This document shows, piece after piece, positions 50,309-61,244 of a stretch of DNA of 64,000 nucleotides. How positions within the stretch are numbered: position 1 is the first letter of the stretch; each line of letters begins with the position of its first letter. The stretch is from an uncultured Acinetobacter sp. (lineage in GTDB: Bacteria; Pseudomonadota; Gammaproteobacteria; Pseudomonadales; Moraxellaceae), in contig NZ_CANQTS010000008.1 in the NCBI RefSeq assembly GCF_947626835.1, forward strand, positions 1,039 through 65,038, written 5' to 3'. The notes under the pieces were generated by a model, which made no database searches, was not told where the DNA came from, and saw nothing but the letters and a program-made list of their open reading frames with translations. Made by a program: the position numbers and the translations under genes.

Positions 50309-50884
50309 TTAAAAAAAGTAATGCTGCAACAAGGTCCACATACCAATGCTTAAAAAGATCACGGCACTGACTTTATGAATTAATGAAATTGGCAACTTGT
50401 CAGCAAGTTTATTACCAATAAATACCGCTGGTGCATTGGCCAACATCATGCCTAAAGTTGTGCCTAACATGACCCAAACCAAACTATCAAAACGTGCAGC
50501 CAAGGCAACGGTGGCAATTTGAGTTTTATCGCCAATTTCGGCTAAGAAAAATAAAATAAAAGTTGCCCCAAATACCCCATAACGCTGCCACTTATTAATA
50601 CTCTCGCTTTCATCGTCCAGCTCATCTGGTACAAGCATCCAAAGGGCCATACCAATAAAGCCCAATGCCAGAATCCACAGTAACACTTCAGGACTCATCA
50701 CAGTGGTGACCCACTGACCTAAAGCCGCAGATAAACCATGATTAATAATGGTGGCCAATAAAATAGCAATTAAAATAGGAACGGGTTTTTGATAACGTGC
50801 AGCAAGTAGCAGCGCTAAAAGTTGGGTTTTATCGCCCATTTCGGCAAGCGCGACAATGGCAGTTGAGAGTAGGAACTCATACAT
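50309..50884 (-). CDS. TMEM165/GDT1 (UPF0016) Mn2+ exporter
   Basis: Two E-x-G-D-K-T motifs (AEMGDKTQ, AEIGDKTQ); yybP-ykoY riboswitch upstream. Confidence 0.92.
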   Translation of the reverse strand: MYEFLLSTAIVALAEMGDKTQLLALLLAARYQKPVPILIAILLATIINHGLSAALGQWVTTVMSPEVLLWILALGFIGMALWMLVPDELDDESESINKWQRYGVFGATFILFFLAEIGDKTQIATVALAARFDSLVWVMLGTTLGMMLANAPAVFIGNKLADKLPISLIHKVSAVIFLSIGMWTLLQHYFF

Positions 50885-50957
50885 GATGTGTTTCTCTGGC
50901 TAGCATACATACCAATGACCTATCCCTCCTGCTAGCCAAAATCTGCAGAGTGATAAA

Positions 50958-51092
50958 TCAAAGGTCTTGCCAACAAAAGAAAGCTTACATAAGCTTATTT
51001 GGTTCTTTGCTATGATGACCATGCTCGGTTTAGAGCAAATATGTTGACCATCACCTTTTTACTTTGCGTAAAAAGCGGCTACTCCCCAATGA
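50958..51092 (-). ncRNA. yybP-ykoY (Mn2+) riboswitch
   Basis: Minus strand TCATTGGGGAGTAGCC..GTCAACATA..GTCATCATAGC..GGCAAGACCTTTGA, upstream of a UPF0016 gene. Confidence 0.85.
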
Positions 51093-51101
51093 AGTGGCTT
51101 G

Positions 51102-51130
51102 ATTATAGTCAACTCAAATTTAATTTACAA
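51102..51130 (-). promoter_or_regulatory. Sigma70 promoter of the riboswitch-TMEM165 transcript
   Basis: TTGTAA-17 bp-TATAAT. Confidence 0.7.
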
Positions 51131-51139
51131 ACCTAAATC

Positions 51140-51170
51140 AAAAAACCCTGCCGAAGCAGGGTTTTTTTTT
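51140..51170. terminator. Terminator after aceF
   Basis: AAAAAACCCTGC-CGAA-GCAGGGTTTTTTTTT (cUUCGg loop on the minus strand). Confidence 0.85.
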
Positions 51171-51186
51171 ACTTAAACCAATCTGA

Positions 51187-53139
51187 TTAGATTAATAAAG
51201 TACGGATGTCTTTCAGCAATTTAGTTAACTTATTGGTGAAGCGTGCTGCATCGGCACCATTAATCACACGGTGATCATATGACAATGAAAGCGGCAGCAT
51301 AAGCTTCGGATCAAAACCTTGACCATTCCAAACCGGCTGCATCGTTGCAGGTGAAATACCTAAAATTGCCACTTGTGGCCAGTTTACCAGTGGGGTAAAT
51401 GCTGTACCACCAATGGCACCAAGGCTTGAAATTGTGAAGTTTGCACCTTGAAGATCTTTCGGAGAAAGCTTCTTATCACGTGCTTTTTGACCTAGCTCAC
51501 CCAATTCAACCGCAATTTGCTTAATTGATTTTTGGTCTGGGTTACGTAATACAGGCACAGTTAAACCATCTGGCGTTGCCACCGCAATGCCCATATGGAT
51601 TTCGTTACGCAACAATACCGATTTACCATCATCAGCCAAGTGACCGGCAAACTCACGCTCTTCTTTAAGAAGATGCGCAACTGCTTTGATGATAAAGGCC
51701 ATAATGGTTAAGCTCACGCCCTCTTTCTTAAAGTTGCCTTTAAGATCATTACGCCATGCTTCAAGCTCAGTGATGTCAGCTAAGTCAAACTGGGTGACTT
51801 GTGGAATGTAGTTGTTTAAAGACAACTGCGGAATTGACACTTGTTGTAAACGCGTCAATGCTTTTTCTTCCACACCACCAAAGGCATCAAAGCTTGGCAG
51901 TTTTGGTAAACCTGCAGCAACCGTAGCCGCCACTGGAGCAGCAGCAGGTGCTGGCGCAGTCAGACGTGTTTTCACATAAGCAAACAGGTCTTCTTTCATT
52001 AAACGTGCATGTGGGCCAGATGCTTTCACTTCTGCCAAAATTACGCCTAATTCACGCGCCAACTTACGTACTGCAGGGCCTGCATACACTTTTGCATTGG
52101 CTGCATTTTGTCCTTTGGTCAGCTTATCTGCCGAAGGTGCTGCTTGTAGAGGTGCAGTAGCTGCTTTTGCTGCCTCAGCTTTTGCTGGCACTTGTGCAGG
52201 CTCAGGTGCAGCAGCCACTGGGGCTTGGCCTTCAGCTTCAATCGTGACTAAAGCAATGCCTTCAGAAACGTTTTGACCTAAAGTTACATGAATGGCCGTA
52301 ATCACACCGCTTGCTGAGCTTGGTACTTCAACTGTTGCTTTGTCTGATTCAACTACAATGATGCTTTGGTCTTTTTCAACCTTGTCACCTACTGCAACTA
52401 AAATCTCAGCCACAGCTGCTTTGTCCACACCTAAATCAGGTACAGCGATGTCAACTTTACCTGCTGCGACAGCAGCAACGGGTGCTGCCACTTCTGCTGT
52501 TGCTGCTTCAGGAGCCGCTTGTGCAACTTCCGCTTGTACTGACGCAGCTGGCGCTGCCGCAGAACCTGCAGTTTTCACTTTTAAGATCACCACACCTTCT
52601 TTTACGCTGTCACCGACTGAAATTTCGATAGCAGTTACAGTGCCTGAAATGGTGCTTGGCACTTCTACAGTGGCTTTATCCGATTCAACCACTACGATGC
52701 TTTGATCAACGTCAATTTCATCGCCTACAGCAACCAAGATTTCACCCACAAGTGCTTTTTCAACACCAATGTCTGGCACTTGCACATCAACCACTTGTGA
52801 TGCTGCTGCCGCTACAGGCTCAGCTTGCGCTGCAACCGGTGCTGCTGCTTGCACTTCTGCTTTAGGTGCTTCAGCTTTTGGCGCTTCAGCAGCAGATGCA
52901 GGCTCGGCCTGACCTTGTGCTTCAAGTTCTACCAAAACTGCACCTTCAGCGACTTCGTCACCAAGATTGACTAAAATGCTTTTTACTACACCTGCGACCG
53001 TGCTAGGCACTTCAACAGATGCTTTGTCAGATTCAAGCAAGACAATGCTGTCATCAACAGCAATGCTATCGCCCACTTTCACCAAAATTTCAGCGACTGT
53101 GGCTTTATCTACACCAATATCAGGAGTCGTAATTTGCAT
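51187..53139 (-). CDS. aceF: Pyruvate dehydrogenase E2 with three lipoyl domains
   Basis: ESDKA(S/T)VEVP three times, Ala/Pro linkers, YDHRVINGA. Confidence 0.97.
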   Translation of the reverse strand: MQITTPDIGVDKATVAEILVKVGDSIAVDDSIVLLESDKASVEVPSTVAGVVKSILVNLGDEVAEGAVLVELEAQGQAEPASAAEAPKAEAPKAEVQAAAPVAAQAEPVAAAASQVVDVQVPDIGVEKALVGEILVAVGDEIDVDQSIVVVESDKATVEVPSTISGTVTAIEISVGDSVKEGVVILKVKTAGSAAAPAASVQAEVAQAAPEAATAEVAAPVAAVAAGKVDIAVPDLGVDKAAVAEILVAVGDKVEKDQSIIVVESDKATVEVPSSASGVITAIHVTLGQNVSEGIALVTIEAEGQAPVAAAPEPAQVPAKAEAAKAATAPLQAAPSADKLTKGQNAANAKVYAGPAVRKLARELGVILAEVKASGPHARLMKEDLFAYVKTRLTAPAPAAAPVAATVAAGLPKLPSFDAFGGVEEKALTRLQQVSIPQLSLNNYIPQVTQFDLADITELEAWRNDLKGNFKKEGVSLTIMAFIIKAVAHLLKEEREFAGHLADDGKSVLLRNEIHMGIAVATPDGLTVPVLRNPDQKSIKQIAVELGELGQKARDKKLSPKDLQGANFTISSLGAIGGTAFTPLVNWPQVAILGISPATMQPVWNGQGFDPKLMLPLSLSYDHRVINGADAARFTNKLTKLLKDIRTLLI

Positions 53140-53141
53140 GC

Positions 53142-55844
53142 TTAGTTCTCCTCTTTGTAGTCAGCAACAGCATGTACTGATGGAGTCGCTTGAGGAAGCC
53201 ATGCTACTGGACGGTCTGTATCTAATTCAAAGCTAGAGATCGCATCTTTGACTAAACGCGCGTCTACTTCGCCTTCATCAGCCAATTTTTTCAACGTTGC
53301 CACCACGATGTGCGCTGCATCTACACCAAAGTAGCTACGTAACTTAGCGCGTGTATCTGAACGACCGTAACCATCAGTACCAAGCGCTACGAATGGGCGG
53401 TTGTCTGGAAGGTACGCACGGATTTGTTCGCTATAGGCACGCATATGGTCTGTTGCAGATACCACAATACCTTTGGTGCCACGTAATTGCTGAGATACCC
53501 AAGCTTCTTTGGTTTCTTCAGCCATTGGATGTAGACGGTTGTATTCTTCACACGCCATACCATCACGCGCAAGCTCATTGAAGCTGGTTACGCTAAATAC
53601 GTTTGAATGAATTTGGTATTCGTCACGTAAAATTTGAGCCGCTTTGATCACTTCACGTAGGATTACACCTGAACCCATGAGCTGAACAGTGGCTTTTTCA
53701 TCTTCTTCAAGTAAGTACATACCACGTTTAATACCCTCTTCAACGCCTTGTGGCATTGCAGGATGCTCGTAGTTTTCGTTCATTACCGTTAAGTAGTAGA
53801 ACACACGCTCTTGGTTCACATACATGCGTTTTAAACCGTCATGTACAATCACAGCCAATTCGTAACCGAAACATGGATCATACGAGATACAGTTTGGAAT
53901 AGTATTGGCTAAGATATGTGAGTGACCATCTTGGTGCTGTAAGCCTTCACCGTTTAAGGTTGTACGACCTGCTGTAGCACCCAACAAGAAGCCTTGTGCT
54001 TGTGCATCACCTGCTGCCCACGCAATGTCACCAATACGTTGGAAACCAAACATAGAGTAGTACATGTACATTGGAATCATTGGCAAATTGTTAGTTGAAT
54101 AACTAGTTGCCAACGCAGCCCACGCGCTCATTGCACCGGCTTCGTTAATCCCTTCTTGTAGCATGTGACCGTCTTTAGCTTCACGGTAATGCATCAATTG
54201 TTCTTGGTCTTCTGGGGTATATTTTTGACCGTGAGCAGCATAAATACCCAACTGACGGAACATACCTTCTAAACCAAAAGTACGTGCTTCATCTGGCACA
54301 ATTGGAACAACACGATCTTTAATGGCTTTTTCTTTTAATAAAGCAGAGATTAAACGCACCATGACCATGGTGGTTGATTGCTGCTTACCATTAGAACCGG
54401 CAAGGACTGCATCAAACGCTGATAATTCAGGAATGGCAAGCTGTTCGCTTTCTTTACGACGTGCAGGTAAGTAACCACCTAATGCTTCACGACGCGCCTT
54501 CATGTATTTAATTTCAGGTGAATTTTCGCTTGGACGATAGAACGGTACTTCTTCTAATTGCTCATCGGTAAATGGCAAGTTAAAGCGGTTACGTACATAT
54601 TTAAGCGATTCAAGCTGCATTTTTTTGATTTGATGGGTTTTGTTAACCGCTTCAATCTCATCAGATAAACCGTAACCTTTTACAGTTTTCGCTAGAATCA
54701 CTGTAGGTTGACCAGTTGACTTCATCGCTTCTGCATAAGCTGCATAGACTTTATACGGGTCGTGACCACCGCGGTTTAAGTTGTCGATGTCTTCATCGCT
54801 TAAGCCTTTAACCAGTTCTTCAGCTTCTGGGTATTTACCAAAGAATTTAGCACGCGCGTAAGCACCGCCTTTGACTTGTAAACGTTGGAATTCACCATCA
54901 ACGGTTTCTTCCATCACTGCTTTTAAAGCACCTGATTCGTCTTTGGCAAGGAGTGGATCCCAATGACGACCCCAAACCACTTTAATCACACGCCAGCCGG
55001 CACCACGGAACAATGATTCAAGTTCTTGAATGATTTTGCCGTTACCACGTACCGGACCATCAAGACGTTGTAAGTTACAGTTGACCACCCAAATTAAGTT
55101 ATCTAACTTTTCACGACCAGCTAATGCAATTGCACCAGTGCTCTCTGGCTCATCCATTTCGCCATCGCCAAGGTAGGCCCATACCTTACGATTTTCTTCT
55201 TTGATCAAGCTACGATTCATCAAATATTTTTGAATGTGCGCTTGGTAAATCGACATGATAGGACCCAAACCCATCGACACAGTTGGGAACTGCCAATAAT
55301 CCGGCATCAAGTATGGATGCGGGTACGAAGGTAAACCAACACCATCTACTTCACGACGGAAGTTATTTAAATGATCTTCGGTTAAACGACCTTCCAAGAA
55401 TGAACGTGCATAGATACCCGGAGCACAGTGACCTTGGTAATAGATCATATCACCGCCAAAGTGATCACTGTTGGCACGGAAGAAGTGGTTAAAACCAACA
55501 TCATATAAGGTTGCTGATGACGCAAAACTTGCCAAGTGACCACCGAGGTCGTCGCCAGTTTTGTTAGCACGGAGTACCATCGCCAACGCATTCCAACGAA
55601 TGAGGGCACGAATACGGCGTTCCATGTCGGCATCACCCGGCATAGCTGGCTGTTCTTCTACAGAAATTGTGTTTAAGTAAGGTGTATTTAAGCGCTGAAT
55701 GGGAACATGCTTTGCAATCGCGCGCTGATACAATTTTTCTAATAAAAAGGCAGCACGTTCTGTACCCATGTGTTCTAACACAGAGTCAAACGCTTCTTGC
55801 CATTCTTGGGTTTCTTGCGCGTCAGTATCGCCATAAAACGCCAT
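53142..55844 (-). CDS. aceE: Pyruvate dehydrogenase E1 (homodimeric type)
   Basis: GGHLASF, GDGEMDEPES..NCN TPP-binding motif, GLQHQDG. Confidence 0.98.
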   Translation of the reverse strand: MAFYGDTDAQETQEWQEAFDSVLEHMGTERAAFLLEKLYQRAIAKHVPIQRLNTPYLNTISVEEQPAMPGDADMERRIRALIRWNALAMVLRANKTGDDLGGHLASFASSATLYDVGFNHFFRANSDHFGGDMIYYQGHCAPGIYARSFLEGRLTEDHLNNFRREVDGVGLPSYPHPYLMPDYWQFPTVSMGLGPIMSIYQAHIQKYLMNRSLIKEENRKVWAYLGDGEMDEPESTGAIALAGREKLDNLIWVVNCNLQRLDGPVRGNGKIIQELESLFRGAGWRVIKVVWGRHWDPLLAKDESGALKAVMEETVDGEFQRLQVKGGAYARAKFFGKYPEAEELVKGLSDEDIDNLNRGGHDPYKVYAAYAEAMKSTGQPTVILAKTVKGYGLSDEIEAVNKTHQIKKMQLESLKYVRNRFNLPFTDEQLEEVPFYRPSENSPEIKYMKARREALGGYLPARRKESEQLAIPELSAFDAVLAGSNGKQQSTTMVMVRLISALLKEKAIKDRVVPIVPDEARTFGLEGMFRQLGIYAAHGQKYTPEDQEQLMHYREAKDGHMLQEGINEAGAMSAWAALATSYSTNNLPMIPMYMYYSMFGFQRIGDIAWAAGDAQAQGFLLGATAGRTTLNGEGLQHQDGHSHILANTIPNCISYDPCFGYELAVIVHDGLKRMYVNQERVFYYLTVMNENYEHPAMPQGVEEGIKRGMYLLEEDEKATVQLMGSGVILREVIKAAQILRDEYQIHSNVFSVTSFNELARDGMACEEYNRLHPMAEETKEAWVSQQLRGTKGIVVSATDHMRAYSEQIRAYLPDNRPFVALGTDGYGRSDTRAKLRSYFGVDAAHIVVATLKKLADEGEVDARLVKDAISSFELDTDRPVAWLPQATPSVHAVADYKEEN

Positions 55845-56137
55845 AATTACTATCCCATATACCTAGTTTAGGATGTATATGTATCATACTTTAGCCGTAG
55901 CAAGTTATCGTTGTAGCTGAATAGCAAATCCGAGGAGTATTTCATAACTAAATAGTTGCTGTTTAACATTCAGTCAAATTAACAAAAAACCGCCAATTCA
56001 GGCGGTTCTTTAGACAACAACTATTCTTTCTCAGTGATAGCCTAACGTTTAAAGAGGCTTTTTAATACAGCTTAGGACTTCAACTGAAAGTTTTAAGTGT
56101 TGACAATTTATTCATGCAAGCACTTAAAGCGACTCAA

Positions 56138-56887
56138 TTAACGTAACATCGCTAAATAAGGTGATGGATTTTTACGCTGACCATTCTTAACTACTTCATA
56201 GTGCAAGTGTGGTCCAGTACAACGACCAGTACAACCTACGTTAGCAATATGTTGACCCGCTTTGACACGTTGACCCACTTTAGCAATTAAACGTGAAGCA
56301 TGTGCGTAACGCGTCACATAGCCATCGCCGTGGTTGATTTCCACATATTGACCATAGCCTGTACCCCAACCTGATTTGGTCACTACACCCGGACCTGTGG
56401 CATAAATTGGTGTACCGGTTGGTGCTGCTAAATCCAAACCTGAGTGGTTTTCGGCACGACCATTCATAGTACGACCGCCGTAGTTTGAACTAATACGACC
56501 ATTGGGCAGTGGATGATTGAGCAACCAAGAATATGGGCTAGCACTTGAAGATATATTTTGTAGAGAAGCCGAATAATCTGTACTTGTGCTTGGATATTTT
56601 TTCTCAAGCATCTCATTATTGAGTACTGTGGTTTTTTCTGCACCACGAATAGTTACATTCAGTTCAGTTGGTTTAAGTTCAGCAATTTCAGCTGCTGGTT
56701 TAAAGTCTGAATATGAACCTTGAGCCAATGTTTTGGTGAGTTGCTCAAGTGCATCCTCATTGGACTCAACTTTTAAATCTAATACTTGAACTTTAGTTTG
56801 CGTATTCAGATCAACCAATTCAGCTAAAGCCACGGTTGACGCTGAAGCCGCTAAAGTACACGCTACAAAAATACGTCGCAAATGCAT
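56138..56887 (-). CDS. M23-family peptidase with signal peptide
   Basis: HSGLD, TRYAH, GPHLHYEV. Confidence 0.9.
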   Translation of the reverse strand: MHLRRIFVACTLAASASTVALAELVDLNTQTKVQVLDLKVESNEDALEQLTKTLAQGSYSDFKPAAEIAELKPTELNVTIRGAEKTTVLNNEMLEKKYPSTSTDYSASLQNISSSASPYSWLLNHPLPNGRISSNYGGRTMNGRAENHSGLDLAAPTGTPIYATGPGVVTKSGWGTGYGQYVEINHGDGYVTRYAHASRLIAKVGQRVKAGQHIANVGCTGRCTGPHLHYEVVKNGQRKNPSPYLAMLR

Positions 56888-56998
56888 AAAAAAACCTCTT
56901 TAAACTGTCTTTAGCAAAGTTCCCTTGTCTGAATTTCTTCCTTGATATCCAACAAAAGAAGCGCATAAGATTAAGACATAAATATGAAGGAATGATGT

Positions 56999-57439
56999 AT
57001 GTCTGAACCTGTCAACGTCTTTGGGCAAACAAGTCAACATTTAAAAACAGGAAACTTAACGTTTCTCTCAAGCCAAGTTGCTGCTTGGCAGAAACTGAGC
57101 AAACTTATCCAACCCATCCTGCCCCAACCGGAGCACTGGCAAGTTGTGTGTTATGAAAATGGTACTTTGACGATCACTGGTGAAAATCAAGCCATGATTA
57201 GTCAGCTTGGTTATCTACAAAAGCAATACGTACAACAATTGTCACAAATTTCTGGTTTAGAACACTTACAGAAAATTCAGGTACGTTTGCGGTCTAAAAC
57301 CCAAGCACCTGTAAAAAATCCGAATTGTTCTAGACAGTTACAAGCAGAAACGCAAGATATGCTCCGCGATGCTGCTTGCTTTGTGAGCGACCCTAAGCTT
57401 AGCCAAGCTATGCTACGTTTGGCAAGCAAAAAAAAGTAA
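56999..57439 (+). CDS. dciA: DciA/DUF721-family protein
   Basis: Position opposite lpxC and next to the M23 gene; KH-like segment (LTITGENQA..LGYL) and Lys-rich C-terminus. Confidence 0.65.
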   Translation: MSEPVNVFGQTSQHLKTGNLTFLSSQVAAWQKLSKLIQPILPQPEHWQVVCYENGTLTITGENQAMISQLGYLQKQYVQQLSQISGLEHLQKIQVRLRSKTQAPVKNPNCSRQLQAETQDMLRDAACFVSDPKLSQAMLRLASKKK

Positions 57440-57536
57440 TTCTCATTTATGCTTAGACCAAATGATGAATAAAATTCGTGACTTAAATCACAAGTGTATC
57501 TGTTACATTATTACATTTACATGAAAAGACAAGAAC

Positions 57537-58439
57537 TTATGCAATTGTTACATAACTGATGGGACATTTTTCAACGTCATCAAATGTTACAATTTCATAG
57601 CTCGTTGGATCATTTTTCACATTGCGTAGTAACTGATTATTCAGGGCATGACCTGATTTGTAACCATCAAATTTTGCAATGATTTGATGCCCCATAAGGT
57701 ATAAATCGCCTACAGCATCTAAGATTTTATGGCGCACAAATTCATCAGAAAAACGTAAACCTTCTTCATTGACCACACCGGTGTCATCTACCCCAATCGC
57801 ATTTTCAAGACTGGCACCTAAAGCCAAATTATTGGCTTTTAAGTAATCAAGGTCTTTCATAAAACCAAAGGTACGCGCCTCACTGACTTCATAGACAAAG
57901 GTTTCTGTGGAAAAATCAATCGTGGCAGACTGATACTCTTTTTCAAACGCAGGATGGTCAAAATCAATGGTGAAATTTAGCTGAAAACCTTCATGTGGGG
58001 TAAAAATAGCTTTTTTATCCTGAATTAAGGCTTCCACAGGCTTTAAGATTTTAATAAATTTCTTGGCTGCATCTTGTTCTTGTAAACCACCTTGCATCAG
58101 TAAATAAATAAATGGACCAGCGCTGCCATCCATAATCGGTAATTCTGAAGCAGAAACTTCAACAATTAAATTATCAATGCCTAAACCGGCAATGGCACTC
58201 ATGACATGCTCAATCGTGCCCACTTTGGCATTGTCTTGTACCAAGTTAGAACACATAAATGCTTCTTGAATCAGCATGGCATCGGCAGGAATATCCACCA
58301 CTGGATCTAAATCAATACGACGAAACACAATCCCCCCGTCCGCATGGTGAGGCACAAAGTTAATAAAGACTTTTTGACCACTGTGCAGACCAATACCGCT
58401 CGCTTTCACGACACGTTTTAGGGTTCTTTGCTTCAACAT
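57537..58439 (-). CDS. lpxC: UDP-3-O-acyl-GlcNAc deacetylase
   Basis: [25 protein letters not shown]. Confidence 0.98.
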   Translation of the reverse strand: MLKQRTLKRVVKASGIGLHSGQKVFINFVPHHADGGIVFRRIDLDPVVDIPADAMLIQEAFMCSNLVQDNAKVGTIEHVMSAIAGLGIDNLIVEVSASELPIMDGSAGPFIYLLMQGGLQEQDAAKKFIKILKPVEALIQDKKAIFTPHEGFQLNFTIDFDHPAFEKEYQSATIDFSTETFVYEVSEARTFGFMKDLDYLKANNLALGASLENAIGVDDTGVVNEEGLRFSDEFVRHKILDAVGDLYLMGHQIIAKFDGYKSGHALNNQLLRNVKNDPTSYEIVTFDDVEKCPISYVTIA

Positions 58440-58501
58440 ATCCGTCCAATCTATTCGCTTAAACCGCTATACGTTAGCATACTTAAACCTGATGCAAAAA
58501 C

Positions 58502-58528
58502 AAAAAGGTAGCCCGAAAGCTACCTTTT
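58502..58528. terminator. Terminator between ftsZ and lpxC
   Basis: AAAAAGGTAGC-CCGAAA-GCTACCTTTT. Confidence 0.75.
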
Positions 58529-58562
58529 ACGTTGTAACAATGTAAACATATCTTGTTACATA

Positions 58563-59753
58563 TTACTTACGTTGTTGATTTTTAAGATAATCTTGAATAC
58601 TCATTGGTGTTGGACGACCATTACCTGTTGGAGCAACTGGTGTACTTGGCGCCTCGGTCGTTTGACGCTGAATAGCAGGTACATCATCATCATCCACTGC
58701 TGTTTGCTGTGCTGCTGAAGCATTCGGTACTGTTGGATTAGCCGCTGGACGTTTGACCACATCAGCAGCATCGGCTGAGTTACGGGTTAAACCAGTGGCA
58801 ATTACAGTCACGCTGATTTCATCACGCGCATCTGGGTCAAATACGGTACCGTAGAACACTTGACCTTCATCAAGATCGACAATTTGATTGACTACATCGG
58901 TGATTTCTTCAATTTCACCAAAGGTCACGTCATCGCCACCAGTTACATTAATTAAGATGCCTTTGGCATTCATAATCGTGACGTTGTCTAACAATGGGCT
59001 ACGAATCGCTTGTTCAGCTGCTTGACGGGCACGATTTTCACCACGACCTAAACCTGCACCCATCATGGCATACCCACGTGTGCTCATGGCGGTTTTTAAA
59101 TCGGCAAAGTCAAGGTTAATATGACCTGGACGCACCACAAGGTCAAAGATACTACGTACTGCATTAAGCAATACATCGTCGGCTTTTTTGTAGGCATCTT
59201 TCATTGAGATGTCACGGAACACTTTAAGCAGACGTTGGTTTGGAATAATAATCAAAGAATCAACATGTTGCTCTAATGCTTCAATGCCTTTTTCTGCTGA
59301 AAGTAAACGACGTTTACCCTCAAAATTAAATGGCGTGGTCACTACACCGACAGTCAAAATGCCCATTTCTTTAGCAATTTCAGCCACAACAGGCGCAGCA
59401 CCCGTACCAGTACCACCGCCCATACCTGCGGTCACAAAAACCATGTCAGTACCTTCTAGGTGCTGACGAATGATCTCGCGACTTTCTTCAGCCGCAGCTT
59501 GACCCACTTGTGGATTTGCACCTGCGCCTAAGCCGCGTGTGCTTTGCTCGCCCAACTGAATTTTAAATTGCGCATTCATACGATCAAGCGCCTGACAGTC
59601 GGTATTGGCACAAACAAATTTTACGCCTTGGATGTCAGATTCCAACATGTGTTGCACAGCGTTACCACCAGCACCACCTACACCAAACACAGTAAAACGG
59701 GCTTGACCGTTGCTATCGGTTTGATCATCTTCAAAAAATTCAAATGAGGCCAT
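58563..59753 (-). CDS. ftsZ: Cell division protein FtsZ
   Basis: [23 protein letters not shown]. Start corrected to MASFEF. Confidence 0.98.
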   Translation of the reverse strand: MASFEFFEDDQTDSNGQARFTVFGVGGAGGNAVQHMLESDIQGVKFVCANTDCQALDRMNAQFKIQLGEQSTRGLGAGANPQVGQAAAEESREIIRQHLEGTDMVFVTAGMGGGTGTGAAPVVAEIAKEMGILTVGVVTTPFNFEGKRRLLSAEKGIEALEQHVDSLIIIPNQRLLKVFRDISMKDAYKKADDVLLNAVRSIFDLVVRPGHINLDFADLKTAMSTRGYAMMGAGLGRGENRARQAAEQAIRSPLLDNVTIMNAKGILINVTGGDDVTFGEIEEITDVVNQIVDLDEGQVFYGTVFDPDARDEISVTVIATGLTRNSADAADVVKRPAANPTVPNASAAQQTAVDDDDVPAIQRQTTEAPSTPVAPTGNGRPTPMSIQDYLKNQQRK

Positions 59754-59918
59754 GACCTTGAGAGTTCCTAATTCATAATTGGCAGCCACTTAAAGCCCGT
59801 ACACTGCCTTATATTTAATAAATAAAAATTGCTTTAAAGCATGCTGTTCAAGTGACGGCTTGTCAAGTCTAAGCTTAATTTGTAGCCGCAATTGTAAATG
59901 CTTTTACCGCATATTCAC

Positions 59919-61181
59919 CTAAAAGAATGATTTCAACTTATCGTTTAAACCAGACCAAGCGCGGCCAGCACGCTTCCAAAATGAAACTTCATCAGTTTCT
60001 TCTTCCTCAGAAATCGCTTCAGGCAACTCACTTTGGCTAAACATCAACAGTCCTGCTGCTGTTGCATATTGTGAACGGTGTAACGCCGCTTGCTGCGCAT
60101 CATCGCTATATACCGCTGTTGGTGGATTGGCTAAATGTGCAGACACCCCCAGCATACGACGCACAAAATTCACCATACCTTCAATTTGGCAGGCATCACC
60201 TGCAAGGACCACGCCATGATAAAGCCCTTGTAACGCACCCGTTTTTTCTAACTCTTGACGGATTTGCCCAAAAATTTCTTCGTAGCGCGCAATAATAATA
60301 TCAGTCAGCTCAATTCGACTAATAGTTTGTGGACCATCAATGCCTTGAATCTGAATCATATGATCGGGTTTTACGACTTTTTGATCCACACAACCATACA
60401 ATAATTTAATACGCTCTGCTTCTTCGGTCGTGGTTTGCAACACAGCTGCAATGTCGCGTGTGACATGTTCACCACCACGTTGTAGAGTATGCGTGAGTGC
60501 CAAACGACCTTCAATATACATCGCTACATTGGTGGTACCTGCACCAATATCAATTAAGCATACGCCATATTCTTTTTCATCTTTTAATAGGCACGCTTCT
60601 GATGTGGCAAGGGTTGAAATCACCATTTTTTCAACGCCAATATTAGCGCCTTTCATAGCACGATCTAGGTTTTGCATGGTGCTAATCGGCAGTTGCATCA
60701 ACTGATAATGACCAGTCATGCTATTGGCTGACATACGAATTGGGTTTTGTACCCATTCACCTGACTCATCTAAATCAAAACCTAAAGGCACAGCACTGAC
60801 TAAATAGTGATCTGAACTGACCTGACTGGCTTTAGCAAGCTCAAGCGCACGCACCACCTCGCTAGTGGTAATGGTGTGATCGGCATTGGTAATGGTAGTC
60901 GTGCCAAAGGCATAGCAACTTTTTAGCTCTGTACTTGGAATAGACACCCAAGCAGAATGCACACGGCATTCAGCCATATCTTCGGCTTCTTGCACAGCAT
61001 TTTTAATTGCAGTGATAACTTTATCGAGACTAACAATTTTCCCTTTATTCATGCCTCGGTTACGAGCTGTTGCCATACCAATCACTTGGATTTTATCCGG
61101 CGCGTGTACCTTACCAATCAAAACCGAAACTTTGTGCGTCCCAATGTCAATCGCAACAACCGAGGGAACAGCTTCACTCAT
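59919..61181 (-). CDS. ftsA: Cell division protein FtsA
   Basis: IDIGTHKV, IDIGAGTT, C-terminal amphipathic helix. Confidence 0.97.
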   Translation of the reverse strand: MSEAVPSVVAIDIGTHKVSVLIGKVHAPDKIQVIGMATARNRGMNKGKIVSLDKVITAIKNAVQEAEDMAECRVHSAWVSIPSTELKSCYAFGTTTITNADHTITTSEVVRALELAKASQVSSDHYLVSAVPLGFDLDESGEWVQNPIRMSANSMTGHYQLMQLPISTMQNLDRAMKGANIGVEKMVISTLATSEACLLKDEKEYGVCLIDIGAGTTNVAMYIEGRLALTHTLQRGGEHVTRDIAAVLQTTTEEAERIKLLYGCVDQKVVKPDHMIQIQGIDGPQTISRIELTDIIIARYEEIFGQIRQELEKTGALQGLYHGVVLAGDACQIEGMVNFVRRMLGVSAHLANPPTAVYSDDAQQAALHRSQYATAAGLLMFSQSELPEAISEEEETDEVSFWKRAGRAWSGLNDKLKSFF

Positions 61182-61244
61182 TATTCACTACTACCATTAT
61201 GTTGGTTTAATTTCTGGCCTTAAGCCTCTATTTATAAAGCCAAA

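Noticed and set aside
52290-53139. Internal DNA repeats in aceF as a repeat array or mobile element
   Set aside because: Explained by three lipoyl domains and Ala/Pro linkers.
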